The notes below the pieces were generated by a model. That model saw nothing but the letters and a program-made list of their open reading frames with translations, made no database searches and was not told the DNA's origin. Below are positions 16,345 through 29,200 of a stretch of DNA of 64,000 nucleotides, in pieces. Numbering within the stretch: the stretch's first letter is position 1; each line of letters starts with the position of its first letter. The DNA is from the human T2T-CHM13v2.0 reference genome, Homo sapiens: assembly GCF_009914755.1 (NCBI RefSeq), contig NC_060937.1. One strand, written 5' to 3'. A program made the position numbers and the translations under genes.

Positions 16345-19300
16345 CTTTGTGGTTTTATCTACCTTTGGTCTTTGATGATAGTGACCTACAGATGGAGTTT
16401 TAGTGTGGTTGTCCTTTTTGTTGATGTTGACGCTATTCCTTTCTGTATGTTAGTTTTCCTTCTAAGAGTCACGTCCCTCAACTGCAGGTCTGTTGGAGTT
16501 TGCTGGAGGTCCACTCCAGACCCTGTTTGCCTGGATATCACCAGCAGAGGCTGCAGAACAGCAAATATTGCTGCCTGATCCTTCCTCTGGAAGCTTCATC
16601 TCAGTGGGGCATCCAGCTATATGAAGTGTCAGTGGGCACCTACTGGGAGGTTTCTCCCAGTTAGGCTACATGGGGGTCAGGGACCCACTTGAGGAGGCAG
16701 TCTGCCTGTTCTCAGAGCTCAAACTCCGTGCTGGGAGAACGACTGCTCTCTTCAGAGCTGTCAGACAGGGACATTTAAGTCTGCAGAAGTTTCTGCTGCC
16801 TTTTGTTCAGCTATGCCCTGCCCCCAGAGATGGAGTCTACAGAGGCAGGCAGGAGCTGTGGTGGGCTGCACCAGTTTGAGCTTCCAGGCCACTTTGTTTA
16901 CCTACTCAAGCCTCAGCAATGGCGGACGCCCCTCCCCCAGTCAGGCTGCTGCCCCGCAGTTCGATCTGGGACTGCTGATCTAGCAGTGAGCAAGGCTCTG
17001 TGGGCATGGAACCCACCGAGCCAGGCGCGGGGTGTAATTTCCTGGTGTGCCGTTTGCTAAGACTGTTGGAAAAGCACAGTATTGGGGCTGGAGTGACCTG
17101 ATTTTCCAGGTACAGTCTGTCACAGCTTCCCTTGGCTAGGAAAGGGAAATCCCCCAACCCCTTGAGCTTCCTGGGTGAAGTGATACCCCACTCTGCTTCG
17201 TCTCACCCTCCTTAGGCTGTACCCACTGTCCAACCAGTCCCAGTGAGATGAACCAGCTACTACAGTTGGAAATGCAGAAATCACCCATCTTCTTCATCGA
17301 TCACGCTGGGAGCTACAGACTGGAGCTGTTCTTACTTGGCCATCTTGGAATGGATCCTCCATTCATGATTTTAAAGATATTTTTCCATGTCTTCTAGCTT
17401 CATTTTGTCCTATAGAAACTAGACGTCATGTTTATACACTTCTACATAATATGTCTTCTTTCGATGCTTTTAAGATTTATTCTTTGGTTTTCAGCAGTTT
17501 GACCATGATACAGTTAGTTATATTTTTAGTTGCACTTACCCTATTTGGGATTTGCGGAGTTTCATGAATGTGTGGGTTGCTGTTTTCAATCAAATTTAGA
17601 AATTTTTCATATAATATAGTTGCAATTTTTTTTCTTGCTCCATATTCTCTCTCCTCTCCTTCTTAAATGTGTGTCAGACCTTTTGAGACAATTGCACAGC
17701 TCACTGGGGGTCTGCTAAGTTAAAAAAAAAATCTCTTGCTCTCTGTCCTTCAGTTTAGATGCTTGCTATTGGCTTTCTTCATGGACACTACTCCTTTCTT
17801 TTGTTGTGTTAAATGTCCTGTTAATCCCAGGAAATGAATTTTTTAAAGATTTTCTTTTTCAGTTCTAGGACTTGACTCCCATTTGTTTCTTTTTACGATT
17901 TACATATCATTTCTGAAAATTTCCTTTTTTTCACCCATTATACCCATGCTTTCCTATAAATTCATTAACATATTTATCGTAACTATATTAATTTTTGTCA
18001 ATGTTAACGTCTGGTTAATTTCAACATCTCGTTATTCTGTAGGTCTCTTTCTACTTCTGTTATTCTCTGGGGTATGTGTTACACTTTTCTGTATCTTTGT
18101 AAGTCTAATAAATTTTAATTTCATACTAGATATTGTGGGTGATGTTTTATGGAGACTGGATTCTGTTATCTTCCTCTGAAGAACATTGACTTTTGTTTTA
18201 GAAGGTAGCTAAATTACAGGCAGATGAACTTGATTTATGAAGCTTGGTTTTAGGCTGTTAGAATGGTTTTATTTTAGTTTTGCAACTAGCCTAGGATGAA
18301 TCCCTAGTCCTGAGCCTTAAGGTATAAGTTCTGGGTTTTAATTTTAATAGTTTGAGGCATTTTTCAAGTCTGTCTAACTTATCAGGACTTGAATTCCAAA
18401 CTGTCTGCCTGCATTGGGCAGCTACTGAAATCTCCGCAACAGCTTTCTAGCTTTTGTTTTCTCTTGAGTTTCTTGGAGTCTCATCCTGTGCATGTGTAGA
18501 CTAGGAATCGGCCAATTATTTGAGGGAAATTTCTATATAGTCCCAAACTCCATATTCTGATTCCTCAGTCTCATAAGACTACCACTTTCTGCTTCAGCTC
18601 TGTGGGCTACACGTAGATGGACTGGGAAGTAACTTTAGTGGAAAAAAACATATAAATGTGAATTTCACTCAGTAAGGGTCAAATCCCCACCAGTTTCTGC
18701 TAGCTTTTGTTTATCTCCGAATTGTTTGTTCCCAGAGTTTACAATAGCTATTGGCAGGAAAGTATTCAAATTTTCACTTTGCCATTAGTCTCTTTTTTAT
18801 AATTCTCATCTGTTTTCCCTTTGTTATCTTTGGGATAATTTCATCACATTTATCTTTCCATGCATTAAATCTTCCTCTAGCTTTGTTTTGGTGACTATTT
18901 AATCTATCAATTGAGTTTTATTTTCAATAATTGTGTTTTTTATTTCTAGGAAATCTGTTTTTTCAAATCAGCCTTTTATTCCCATGAAGATGTTGTTTGT
19001 TTCTTACATTTTAAATTCCTTTTTGAGCTCCTAGTCATTTTTACAATACCTGTTTTTATAATCTCTCTCTGGGACTTGTATTACCTGTATATCCTCAAGG
19101 GTCAAATCAAGTTACTTATTCAGTCAGTTGACTTCTACTCTTGGTAGATGGTATCATTGTATGTTTGAGTTTTTGACTCAGTTTTGGATTTTGAATTTAT
19201 CTGCAGCTGAGTTTTATCTGTGGAAATGATCTATGGTCCTTGGTGAAGGGTACTGCCTTCCAAAGAGGTTTTGTGTTGAATTGCCGGATAGCCCAGTGCT

Positions 19301-19784
19301 GTCACTGGCCTGGGCACACTTTTCACTAATTTCTTAGCTTCAGGATTCCTGCACCTTTGTGAGCTCTTTTCCAACCACAGTCAGGGCTAAAATAGCTAAT
19401 TCCCTGACATATCCTTATATTGATGGGTGGCTTTATTTATAGTTCTTCCTTTTAACAAGGGATTAACCATTTAAGAGTCATGGCTCCATAGGAGGTTTGT
19501 GAGCCTCTTGTGGGTCCCAGATCTCAATTCCTATTCCTAAATAGTCATTATAACCCAAGTCTCTTGGTCACTAAGACAGGAAACTACCTCACCCCCAAAT
19601 CCAGGAAAGGCATACCATCAGCTCATAGGGTCACCACTTCAGGGCTTTATCTCACTCTTTAAAGAGTTTGGCTAAACATTTAAAATGTTGATTTTCATAT
19701 CTCATCTATAGTTACTAGATCTGTTATTAAGGGAGGGTTTCTATTATCTTTTTTGCCATGTTCTGGAATAGAAATCCTGTTTCT

Positions 19785-20120
19785 ACATTTGTTTGTAAGC
19801 AGCCTAATCAAATAATGGTTTTAAACAGAGACTACTTATTGGTGGCTTATAGGTTTTGCTTGTTTGTTTGTTTGTTTTTTAAGCTGAACATTTCACATGA
19901 AAATCCAGATTTCCATCTTCTCTTGAAAATGTTGAATCTTGGGTGATATTAGGCCACATTCTCCCATGGCACCAGTAAGCTGGAACTTAGTAGTGGCTTC
20001 CCCCTTTGAAAAGGGATAAATGCTCCAGAGCTTCCCATGGCCACTACAGCACCCTACAGACTTACAACTAACCTGCTTTACTTTCCTGGCTACGGAAAGT
20101 ATTTAAGTTTCTAATCACTG
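19785..20120. mobile_element. hAT-Charlie fossil (MER102-like)
   Basis: catgaaaatccagatttccatcttctcttgaaaa..gctggaacttagtagtggcttcccc recalled from MER102. Confidence 0.6.
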
Positions 20121-20132
20121 AACTAATAGACT

Positions 20133-20565
20133 TGTCACAGTTAATACTGAGTGTCAACTTGATCGGATTGAAGGATGCAAAATATTGATCCTGGGTGTGT
20201 CTGTGAGGGTGCTGCCAAAGGAGATTAACATTTGAGTCAGTGGGCTGGGAAAGGCAGACCCACCCTTAATCTGGGTGGGCACCATCTAATCAGCTGCCAG
20301 CATGGCCCGGATAAAGCAGGCAGAAAAACGTGAAAAGGCTAGACTGGCTTAGCCTCCCAACCTACATCTTTTTCCTATGCTGTATGCTTCCTGCCCTTGA
20401 ACATCAGACCTCGAGTTCTTCAGCTTTGGGACTCGGACTGGCTTCCTTGCTCCTCAGCTTGTAGACAGCCTGTTGTGGAACCTTGTGATCATGTGAGTTT
20501 AATACTCCTTAATAAACCCATGTATATATCCTATTAGTTCTGTCCCTTTAGAGAACACTAATATA
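20133..20565 (+). mobile_element. MLT2A1 (HERV-L) solo LTR
   Basis: ttaatactgagtgtcaacttgat..ctattagttctgtccct; 433 bp; AATAAA near the 3' end; 5-bp TSD agact (20128-20132, 20566-20570). Confidence 0.9.
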
Positions 20566-20964
20566 AGACTCTATCACATTTTTATGCATGGCATTACATG
20601 AAGAATTTCTTCTTTTGGGAAGCCTTTTTTGTTCATTCCCACAATCCATTGTTTAAAGTAATATCTTTCTCTCATCATTTAACAGGATTAGATCAAAGAT
20701 GTCCCTAAGAAGCGTTGAGATGTCACAAAGTTCTAGGTAAGGAGAGAGCTTTAGTTTATGTAAATTTCATCTTTCCATAAACCTGCCCTCACCTTTCTAA
20801 CCTTTTTCCTCCCCTGTATTAAGAAATATCTAACTTTATATTTCATTAGGAGGGGCATGATAAAGTAAGCAGAACACCGCAGTGGGCATCAGAATGCATT
20901 CCATTTCCAGACCTATCTCTTACCATCTGGATATCTCACTCTCAGGAAGATCAAGTGACAAACC

Positions 20965-21347
20965 TGGATTAGTCCATTTTCACACTGCTACAAGGAACTA
21001 CCTGAGACTGGGTAGTTTATGAAGAAAAGAGGTTTAATTGATTCATAGTTCTGCAGCCTTAACAGGAAGCATGACTTGGGGGTCTCAGGAAACTTATACA
21101 ATCATAGCAGAAAGTGAAGGGGAAGCAAGGTATGTCTTCTCGTGGTAGCAGGGGAGAGAGAGAGCAAAGGGGGAACTGGCACACAGTTTTAACCATCATA
21201 TCTGGTGAGAACTCATTCACTATCACAAAAACAGCACAGGGCAAACCACCCTCATGATCTAGTTACCTCCTACCAGGTCCCTTCCCTGACATGTGGGGAT
21301 TACGATTTGACGTGAGATTTTGGTAGGGACACAGCCAAACCAGATTA
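20965..21347 (-). mobile_element. THE1D/MSTA-type MaLR solo LTR
   Basis: attagtccattttcacactgct..gggacacagccaaacca; 5-bp TSD aaacc (20960-20964, 21348-21352). Confidence 0.9.
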
Positions 21348-22903
21348 AAACCCAGACTCTCAATCTCCATCTCTGACTTCCTCCATCTGCTGCTTCCTCC
21401 TTCTTCTTTCCATCCCATAGCTATGAGAAATCAGGTGGGTGCTCTTCTATTCATCTCATGAACTACTGGACATGTTTACATTTGGGGAACTTAAAAATAA
21501 AAATGAACCAGATAGCTGTTGGCTGTTGTCTTTTTGTGAAGAATAATTTTAGGGATCAAAAGACAAAAAGAAAAACATTCTTTGTATCAGAGAATAGCAT
21601 TATGATCTCCACACATAGTGCCAGCTCTTTTAACTTTGAAGGTCAAATTTCCTAGTTTTCCAAATGTCCACTGATTCCCTTTAAACAAAACCCTGTCTGG
21701 GCAAAATAAAACATGTCCATGAACTCAATTTAGATAAAGCTGATTTGGCCTATGAGCCGTGAATTTAAATAAAGAAATCTTAAATAATGGAAAAAATTGC
21801 TTTTGATTTATGTGTTTAATAAGTTAGCTATGTTAAGCTTCAAAATGTAGCACTTAATTTTCTATCTTTTTGCATTGTGGAATGATTCCATGTATAAATC
21901 TCTAGCCTCTTGTTAGTCCCAATAGGCGATCAAACTATTGACACATTTGTATTTTCTCACAAAGGCCTACTAGGGTGTGAGATAAAGGACAGGTGCTTAG
22001 TCCAGCTAACGTGTTCCTGGGATTGTAGATTTAGAAAGTACCTCAAAGGCTTCTAGTCCAAAGACAGCAAAAAACACAGCACGTTGTACAGCCAGCGTGA
22101 CAGATATCGCCAAGCACAGGAGCAGAAATTCCCACCCTTAGAGCTTTCATTACCTTGAATTAAGATTCGGAATCTCCCCAAGTCCTATTTTTGAAGAAAA
22201 GCATTTCCAAACTTACGTTCCATGAACCAGTAATTTTGTGGGATATTCTTAAGTACTAGATAGCTGCCATAGTGTACCAAAGTTTGAATTGCAATCCGAA
22301 TTCACTCTATCTAGCTTAATTAGCAAGGGAATTCGTTATTATTATTATTCCTTGGGAGGCCAGACTTGTGTGCTACACAGCCAGGGATAAAACAGTTGGG
22401 GCCAAAAACAGGCAGAAAATGAGGCCCAATTGCATTGTGGTACATCTGTAGCAGAGACATCACTACTACTGCTATCACATACGACTGAGCAACCATAGCC
22501 TTTGAGAGTGGATGCCAGGCACTCCATCACAGCCTCCTCGGGAAAACCAGATACCTGCAGCCCCATGCTTATCAAGAGGTGCAATCCCTTCTGGATGTGC
22601 TGACTTCCTCTCCCAGGTCTCACGGATTGGTCCTGTCTAGGTCATATGCCTGCATCCAGCCCCCAGGGGAGTCCTGGGAAATGTAACTTTTTAGAAAACG
22701 GAAGCAGGCATATAGACTCTGCCACCTCATCAAATTAGTGTAATTTAAATGGGCGTCTTTATTGAAGGACTTCAGAGCCTTTAAAATGCTAATATGTTCT
22801 GATTCGTCAAAGAGAGTTTTTAAAAATTATTTTATCATGACACACTTTTTTTCTAACCTCCCAGAACTGAGAGCTCTACCTAACACATTTGAAGAATGCC
22901 CTA

Positions 22904-22945
22904 TTAAGCCGTTAACACATCTTAACAGATGTGTTAACAGCTTAA
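22904..22945. repeat. Short palindrome: 19-bp arms, 4-nt loop
   Basis: ttaagccgttaacacatct-taac-agatgtgttaacagcttaa, one mismatch. Confidence 0.9.
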
Positions 22946-24082
22946 CAGAGATTAATGTGTTATCATCTTAAAAGAGATTGTGAGTTTCTGTGTTAGTAAT
23001 AGCAAGTTCTTCCCTGCAAAAGCTTAAGGCTGTGGTCAATTGGGAAGAACAGCTGGCAGAGGGGATCAGGGATCAAGGTCTTCAGGTGGTAGGCTTACGA
23101 GTACAGCCATGGTGGAGCCCCTGAGCAGTGCTGCAGCCCCCCTCATTCCAGGATAGTATGGTCTAGAAGTTCACCCTAGGAGTAAAAACACCTCTGTCTG
23201 AATCATTCCTAGATAGCAGTTTCTGCATGCCACAGATTACTGCTCTGTGCGTTGTAGCAAATTGAGTCCACCAAATGTATTTCACCAAGGACTTTTTGAT
23301 TTAAAACCTGGATTTATTGGCATTCACGAATGTGAAGGGTCATTTTGTTTTTTACTAACGACTCATTTGTTGAGAGCAAATATCAGTTTGCAGACTTCTG
23401 AAAACAGCATTTACTAGTAATTTGCAACACATTATCATGTGGGAATCAGATTACAGCTAAGGAGCCCTCATAAAACCAGCTTTAACAATTACTACGTTTC
23501 TGGAGAAATATATGTGCTCTTTGCCTCTGTGAGAATGCAGTCATTTGCCTTATGTGGAATTGGGGTGGAGGGAGAATACCATCCTCAGGCTACATAGTTG
23601 CTGAAGTGAAATAAACTCAGTCCAAAAAGTAAAGTCATCATTGGTCCTTTCCCAAAAGGGTTCCCACAGAAACGAGGTACGGCACAGGGCAGAGGGAGGT
23701 GGAGAAGGCCTGTGGTCAATCTCACAGAGATGGAATCTGTGAGTGTGCAAATGCAGAAGGGGCAATCAGAGTCTGTGGCCAGGCAGAGAACAGGCTGGGA
23801 GTCAGTAAGTGTGATATCTCGCCTTCCTGTCTCCGCTCGTTTCCCCTGTTCTGCCAGATAGGTTTCCATTCCTCCCTCCCAGAGCCAGCACTCAAACACT
23901 GGCTTTCTTCAGATGAGTTCCCAATCCATCCATCTGTCCATCTATCCTTGGGTTTGCTCAAGCAATCAATCAAACATGTTCTGATTTTCTGCCTGCATTT
24001 TCTTACCCAAATAACTGGAGAATTTCTGCCTGCCTTCCTTAAATGGCTATTTTTCCAAATCAAGTTGGTAAATATCTATAAA

Positions 24083-24460
24083 GCAGTGGTTCTCAGACTT
24101 GTTGGTACTAAAACCTCTATACACTCAGTAATTGTTGAGAATCTCAAAGTGCTTTTGTTCATGAGGGTTGTACCAATCAATATTTACCATATTGGACATA
24201 GGCCACTTTAGAAATTAACTAGAAAGTAGAAAGGAATGTTTAAAACACACAAAAATAGCGAAGCACATTTGACCAGCCATCAGAGAAATGCTGTCATCAC
24301 ATGTCACTTCGCCTCTGGAAAACTCCACTGTATACCAGTAAGAGAATGAAAGTGAAAAAGCAAATACCATCTTAGTAACTGTGAAAATAGTTTTGAACTC
24401 CTGGACCTCCAGGAAGATCTTGAGCACCGCCAACATCCCTAGACACTTTGAAAACGGCTG
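24083..24460. mobile_element. hAT-Charlie MITE (MER119-like)
   Basis: Termini cagtggttctcaga / ttgaaaacggctg; internal gcctctggaaaactccactgta. Confidence 0.7.
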
Positions 24461-25811
24461 CTCTAGAGCATCTGCAAATGGTCTTCCTGCCTCAGTCCCT
24501 TGTTCCCCACATCACTGCCTCGTGGATCTTCCTAAAACACACATTTGATTGTGACACTCCCCTACCTGGAGCCCTTTTTATGGCTCCTTATCATCTGTGG
24601 CATAAATTATCAATAGCAACCATGATCTAGACCACGCCTGTCTTTGCCGGGAAGACTCCTATCTGTCCTTCGCATCTCAGCTCAGAACACTAGGAAGTTG
24701 TGATAATTTTGACAAGATTTTGCCTTAGATGAAATAGAACAAATAAAAAAAAATTCTACTGAATTGTTTTATTTGCAAATATTTGTGAGATTAAAAAATA
24801 GATGGCTTTGATTTTAAGATTTTATGTTAGAAGTCAGAAAATCTTGAAATTTGATGCCAAGAGCCCACTACACTTTTAGGCTCTGTAAGCCATGAATATC
24901 TTTGAACATTTAGTATGTCCTTCTCCATATGTATTCAAACTGTGGTTTTATTTATATGCATAGTGGCTGCCCTCTAGAATAAAAGCATTTCATCTATCTC
25001 TTTCCCCCATACCCCCAAAAAACTTGGCTCAAATGTCATATATTTCAAGAAGCCTTTCTTAACACTCTCTTCCCTCCGTTAGTGGTCTGATCATGACTCC
25101 TCACATATCTAGAAAACCACCTCCCTCACAAAGGGTCTGTAAGTCCCTTGAGAATAAAAATCATTTTTCATTAGTCTTTGTAACTAGACTTTAGTACAGT
25201 GACTGGCATGGTTCCTGAAACAAAAGCCATTTCCAATAAATGGCTAACGGAAATCAGACATGTGCATATGTTGTGTCTTTGCCATGGTAATCATTTTCCC
25301 AGCCTCTGTGCCATCCTCCAATATAGCTCTTTTCTCAGCATCTAAGATTCTGTTGTTGGCAGTGTGATATTCTCAAATAGCCATAACCAAAACTTTAGTC
25401 ATCTATGAATTCTCCCTCACTCTCAACCTCCTTGTCCAAGAAGCTATTGCGACCTCTTCATTTGATCTCTGCAATTTTATCTCCAACCATTTTATCCTTT
25501 CTGCCTTCCCTTGCCATGGCTTTAATTTGCTTCCTCATTATTTCACACTTGACCATTAGCACAGCCTCCTCATCTTCTACAAAATAGCCCTAGTTTCCAT
25601 ATAGTGAGCTTCTTGAAGTCAGAAGATTTATTCCTTACCATATTCCTAGCATATTGCACAGGACTCAAAATTGTCTTTTGAATAAAAATGTGAATTCCCA
25701 CCCATCATATACACTGTCTACAGAAAAAAAAAAAAAAAAACTCTTCAGGATAACTTCTAATCATGTCCTTTACCTATTCAAACATTTTCTGTGTCTTCCA
25801 TTAATTACTGA

Positions 25812-26260
25812 ATGTAGCAGATGCTGTTGGTGCCTGGGTCCACCTCCCCTCAGCCTGCGTTCACCTACAACATGAGCTCCCAAGACAGTTTCCCACTTCA
25901 AAGGCGTGTGTCTCTTTTCTATTCTTCCTAAAAGTTTTCTCCAGCATCAAGGGAGCTTGTTTTACAAAAGGTATAACCCAGAAGTTGGGAAAAGTCAACA
26001 CTGCTGAGGGCAACCTCAACCAATAGGGGTTGGGAATCACTTGCTGAATTCCTCAGTCTCCTTATCTCCGGTAGATGGATTCTAAAGTGTGTTTCTCCAT
26101 TTCTCAGGGGGCCCAGCAGGGCTGAGCTCCCATTGCTCACAGCAGCAAATCACTCATTTAACAAATGTTTCATTGGTTTCTCCCTTCCCTATCTCACTTC
26201 CCCTACTTCTTCCCTTTTGTGCCCCCAGAGATGGCCTTCCAAATAAACTATCTGAACCAA
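25812..26260 (+). mobile_element. ERVL solo LTR (LTR16-like)
   Basis: tgtagcagatgctgttggtgcc..gagctcccattgctcacagc..ccaaataaacta. Confidence 0.7.
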
Positions 26261-29200
26261 ACAATGACATGAACAAAATCTAAACTTCCTGGCCTATCAT
26301 TCAAAGTACCCCAATAGCTTGATTCTAATCTATATTTTCAGGTTACGTCATCTTACACATAATCTTACACAGAGTCCACCCTCTGGCCAACTGGAAGCCT
26401 TGTTGATCCCCAAACCATCTCACTCCAAGTTATAATTATTCTGTAGTTTCATTCACTTAGAATGACACCACTATGATTAGCTTAGACCAGTGGAGCTTCC
26501 CTCCCTAGTATGGGGAGGGACCCAGCCGATACAACCTCTCAGAGGAGGGTGACTGCAGTGAAGTCCTGTGAGCAAAAGAAAGTACAGGCTATAGCTGATG
26601 GATTGACGGCCAATAGCGTCTCTGCCACAAACAGGTAGCAGGAATGTAAAACATAAAGAAAATAGGTGCTTACAAATTCAACACAAAGTGCTGGAGACGT
26701 ACTGGTGAGCTGAGGTGAGTCCTCTGAAATTTACTCCAGCAACAGACACTTTTTTACACACCCATCCCCAGCCATCAGTCCCTGATCCCTGCCATAGGCT
26801 CTCCCCATGCTGGCCCATACCACGCCCAAAGGAACACATATAGAGATATGGCCAGGCCCTCTAGGCCTGTGCTGTGACTGCTCTGCCAGAACAAAGATCA
26901 CAGACTTACCACTCCCTGTTTTTAAGAGGTTGCCAACCCTTGCTCTTGCAAAGCCGTAAGCTCTAGCTTCAGTTCAGCGACCCGCCCCCTGTGTTTTGCC
27001 AGGCACATGGATTTCTGTGCAACCTGGATGCAGAGAGTTTCCAAATGTCTAGAGCTGTGAGATGTTAATCAAACGTCCACTTGAAGTGCTTTGGAAGCAC
27101 TTCTGCTTTTTGGGTTATTGATGTGCTCATGTTGTATTAAGATATATTTCTGGTGCAATCATGAATTCACTTCAAGACATATTAAAGAAGGATTTTTTCC
27201 TAGCTGCTTACTTCAGAACATTGGTCCCTACAGACCAGGTATTTTTCACAGCTCCTTAGAGGCCCATAAAAAGTGATGGAAAAATGCAGCTGGGCATCTC
27301 ATGTGGAAATCAAACCTACTGGAATTCCATCTGCATATCTGCCTTAACTTAGCTTGGTTATTGGTTCTTCTGAATTGTTCACTGCATACCTCTCCCCAAC
27401 TTGTTTCCATCTCAAGGGAGGAGAAGCAATGGGAATTTTCGATCACATTATTCTCCAAGAAAGATGTTTGTGCCCCCAGATAATGGACATTTCCCTCCAC
27501 AGAGCATGTCACACTCAGGAGAAGTGTTCAAGTGCATTTTCTATGGGCACAAATGGCAACCTGTCCTGGAGACACTCACAGAGAGATTGCATGGCCGCTG
27601 CATTTGAAAGCATGGACTCCCATCCCTGACCTGCCACTTCTCCCTAGCGGTGACCTTAGACAAGCTGCTCGGACCATCTGGGTTCTTTCTCTGATCTGTA
27701 GTGGAGTGATCAATCTCCTTCCCTGCATCTGTGTGAACAGTTAAGTGCTTTATAAAAGTAAGCGATTCATATTGGAACCTGTCCTGCAGCTCTGAGTGAA
27801 CTGTTCTTCCCTAGAGCTGTCAGTTATCAACCTGAAACTAGCTGTCTTCAGATGTGCAAATTAGTTTTTTCTTACTGAAGAGAGTCTGGGGACTTCTTGT
27901 TCTTCTCTAGATTTAACATAATTGGGCTTTTACTTGGGCTGCTTATATAAGGAGAAGAGACAACCCCTCAGCTTACGTCATGCCCTATGGAAGTGCCATG
28001 ACTGTTGGTCCTGTGAAGCCTGAGTTTGCCAATGGATAATCTACTAGATGGCCTGGGTTAATGTTCCTTCCTGCTGACTTAAGCTGAGGAGTAACTTACG
28101 CAGGTGTGACATCAAATCATTTGGAGAAAACCCATATTCAATGGGCACCTGGGGTTGGGACAAGTGAGACACAGAGATGGATGCACCCGGAATCAGGAAT
28201 GAGGCCAGGCATTCACTAGCTTTCAATTATTTCACATCTTAGAGCAATTTTAGATTAAATCAGAAGATGTGACAGTAATCATAGTAATCAGTGTAACACT
28301 ACAATTTTCTTAAATTTTGTTTTTGAGAGGAGTACCTGGGGAGTACAGAACAGTTTTCACCTAGAATTTTGCTCTATTAGAAGCCAAATATGGTAGTTGA
28401 TCCTGGAGTTAATATGACCCATTGGAAATTGAAAATTGGAATCTGAAAATTTGAGTGCTGAATAGTCCTTACAGCCTTATCCTCAGCTATAAAAAAAGAT
28501 CACTTAAGGCAACTTGGCCAACTACTGGGTGATTAAGAGGCTGCAAAGCTAAATGGTAAATTAAGCTTTGTCTTCCTCAATGTTGAACCACCTAACTGGG
28601 AAACACTCCTGTGGCATCACTTCCTTCTTCTCTGGGCTGTAGCTGAATTTCCTGACTTGGGAGTTGAAGTTGCCATTCATGACTTGGAGATAAACACTTC
28701 AAAACGTCATGGGAAGTACCAGTTTTCTCCAAGAATAGAGCATTTATCACCAACACTTGCCAAATGTTCTCAGGGAACAGAGAGATAGAAATACAGGTGT
28801 GGCCATGGATATTCCAGGCCCTTTATTCTATACTCTCATTATCTAAAGGCAGCAACGCCTTTAAAATGACAGAACATACTGGCCGCCAGAATAGAAGGAA
28901 ACCACTACTCATAATTGCTTGAACAGACTCTAGCATAAAGGACCAGCATTAAGATGAAAATTAGGTGGAGAAACTCCAGGCAGCCATCGTTTTGAAGCAG
29001 ATCATGGTGGCAGAGATTTGGCAGAAGGAGACTTTCGTGTGACATCATTTTGCTTGTGTGGTTTTACTAATAAGACTTTGATGGGTTCAAGGTTCTAGAA
29101 AATACCTAACTCTTGGACTTTACATGGGCCTGAACCCCATCATCAAAGAGCCTGATTTTTACCCATTCTGGTTTCTCTCTCTACCTGTGTGGCAAATACA

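Noticed and set aside
23699-24211. 170-aa ORF, and likewise 30425-30928, 48764-49192 and 59644-60066
   Set aside because: No recognisable domain, non-ATG starts in several, and overlap with TE fossils or low-complexity DNA
26711-26720. Consensus donor GAG|GTGAGT
   Set aside because: No convincing partner acceptor upstream; isolated matches are expected by chance
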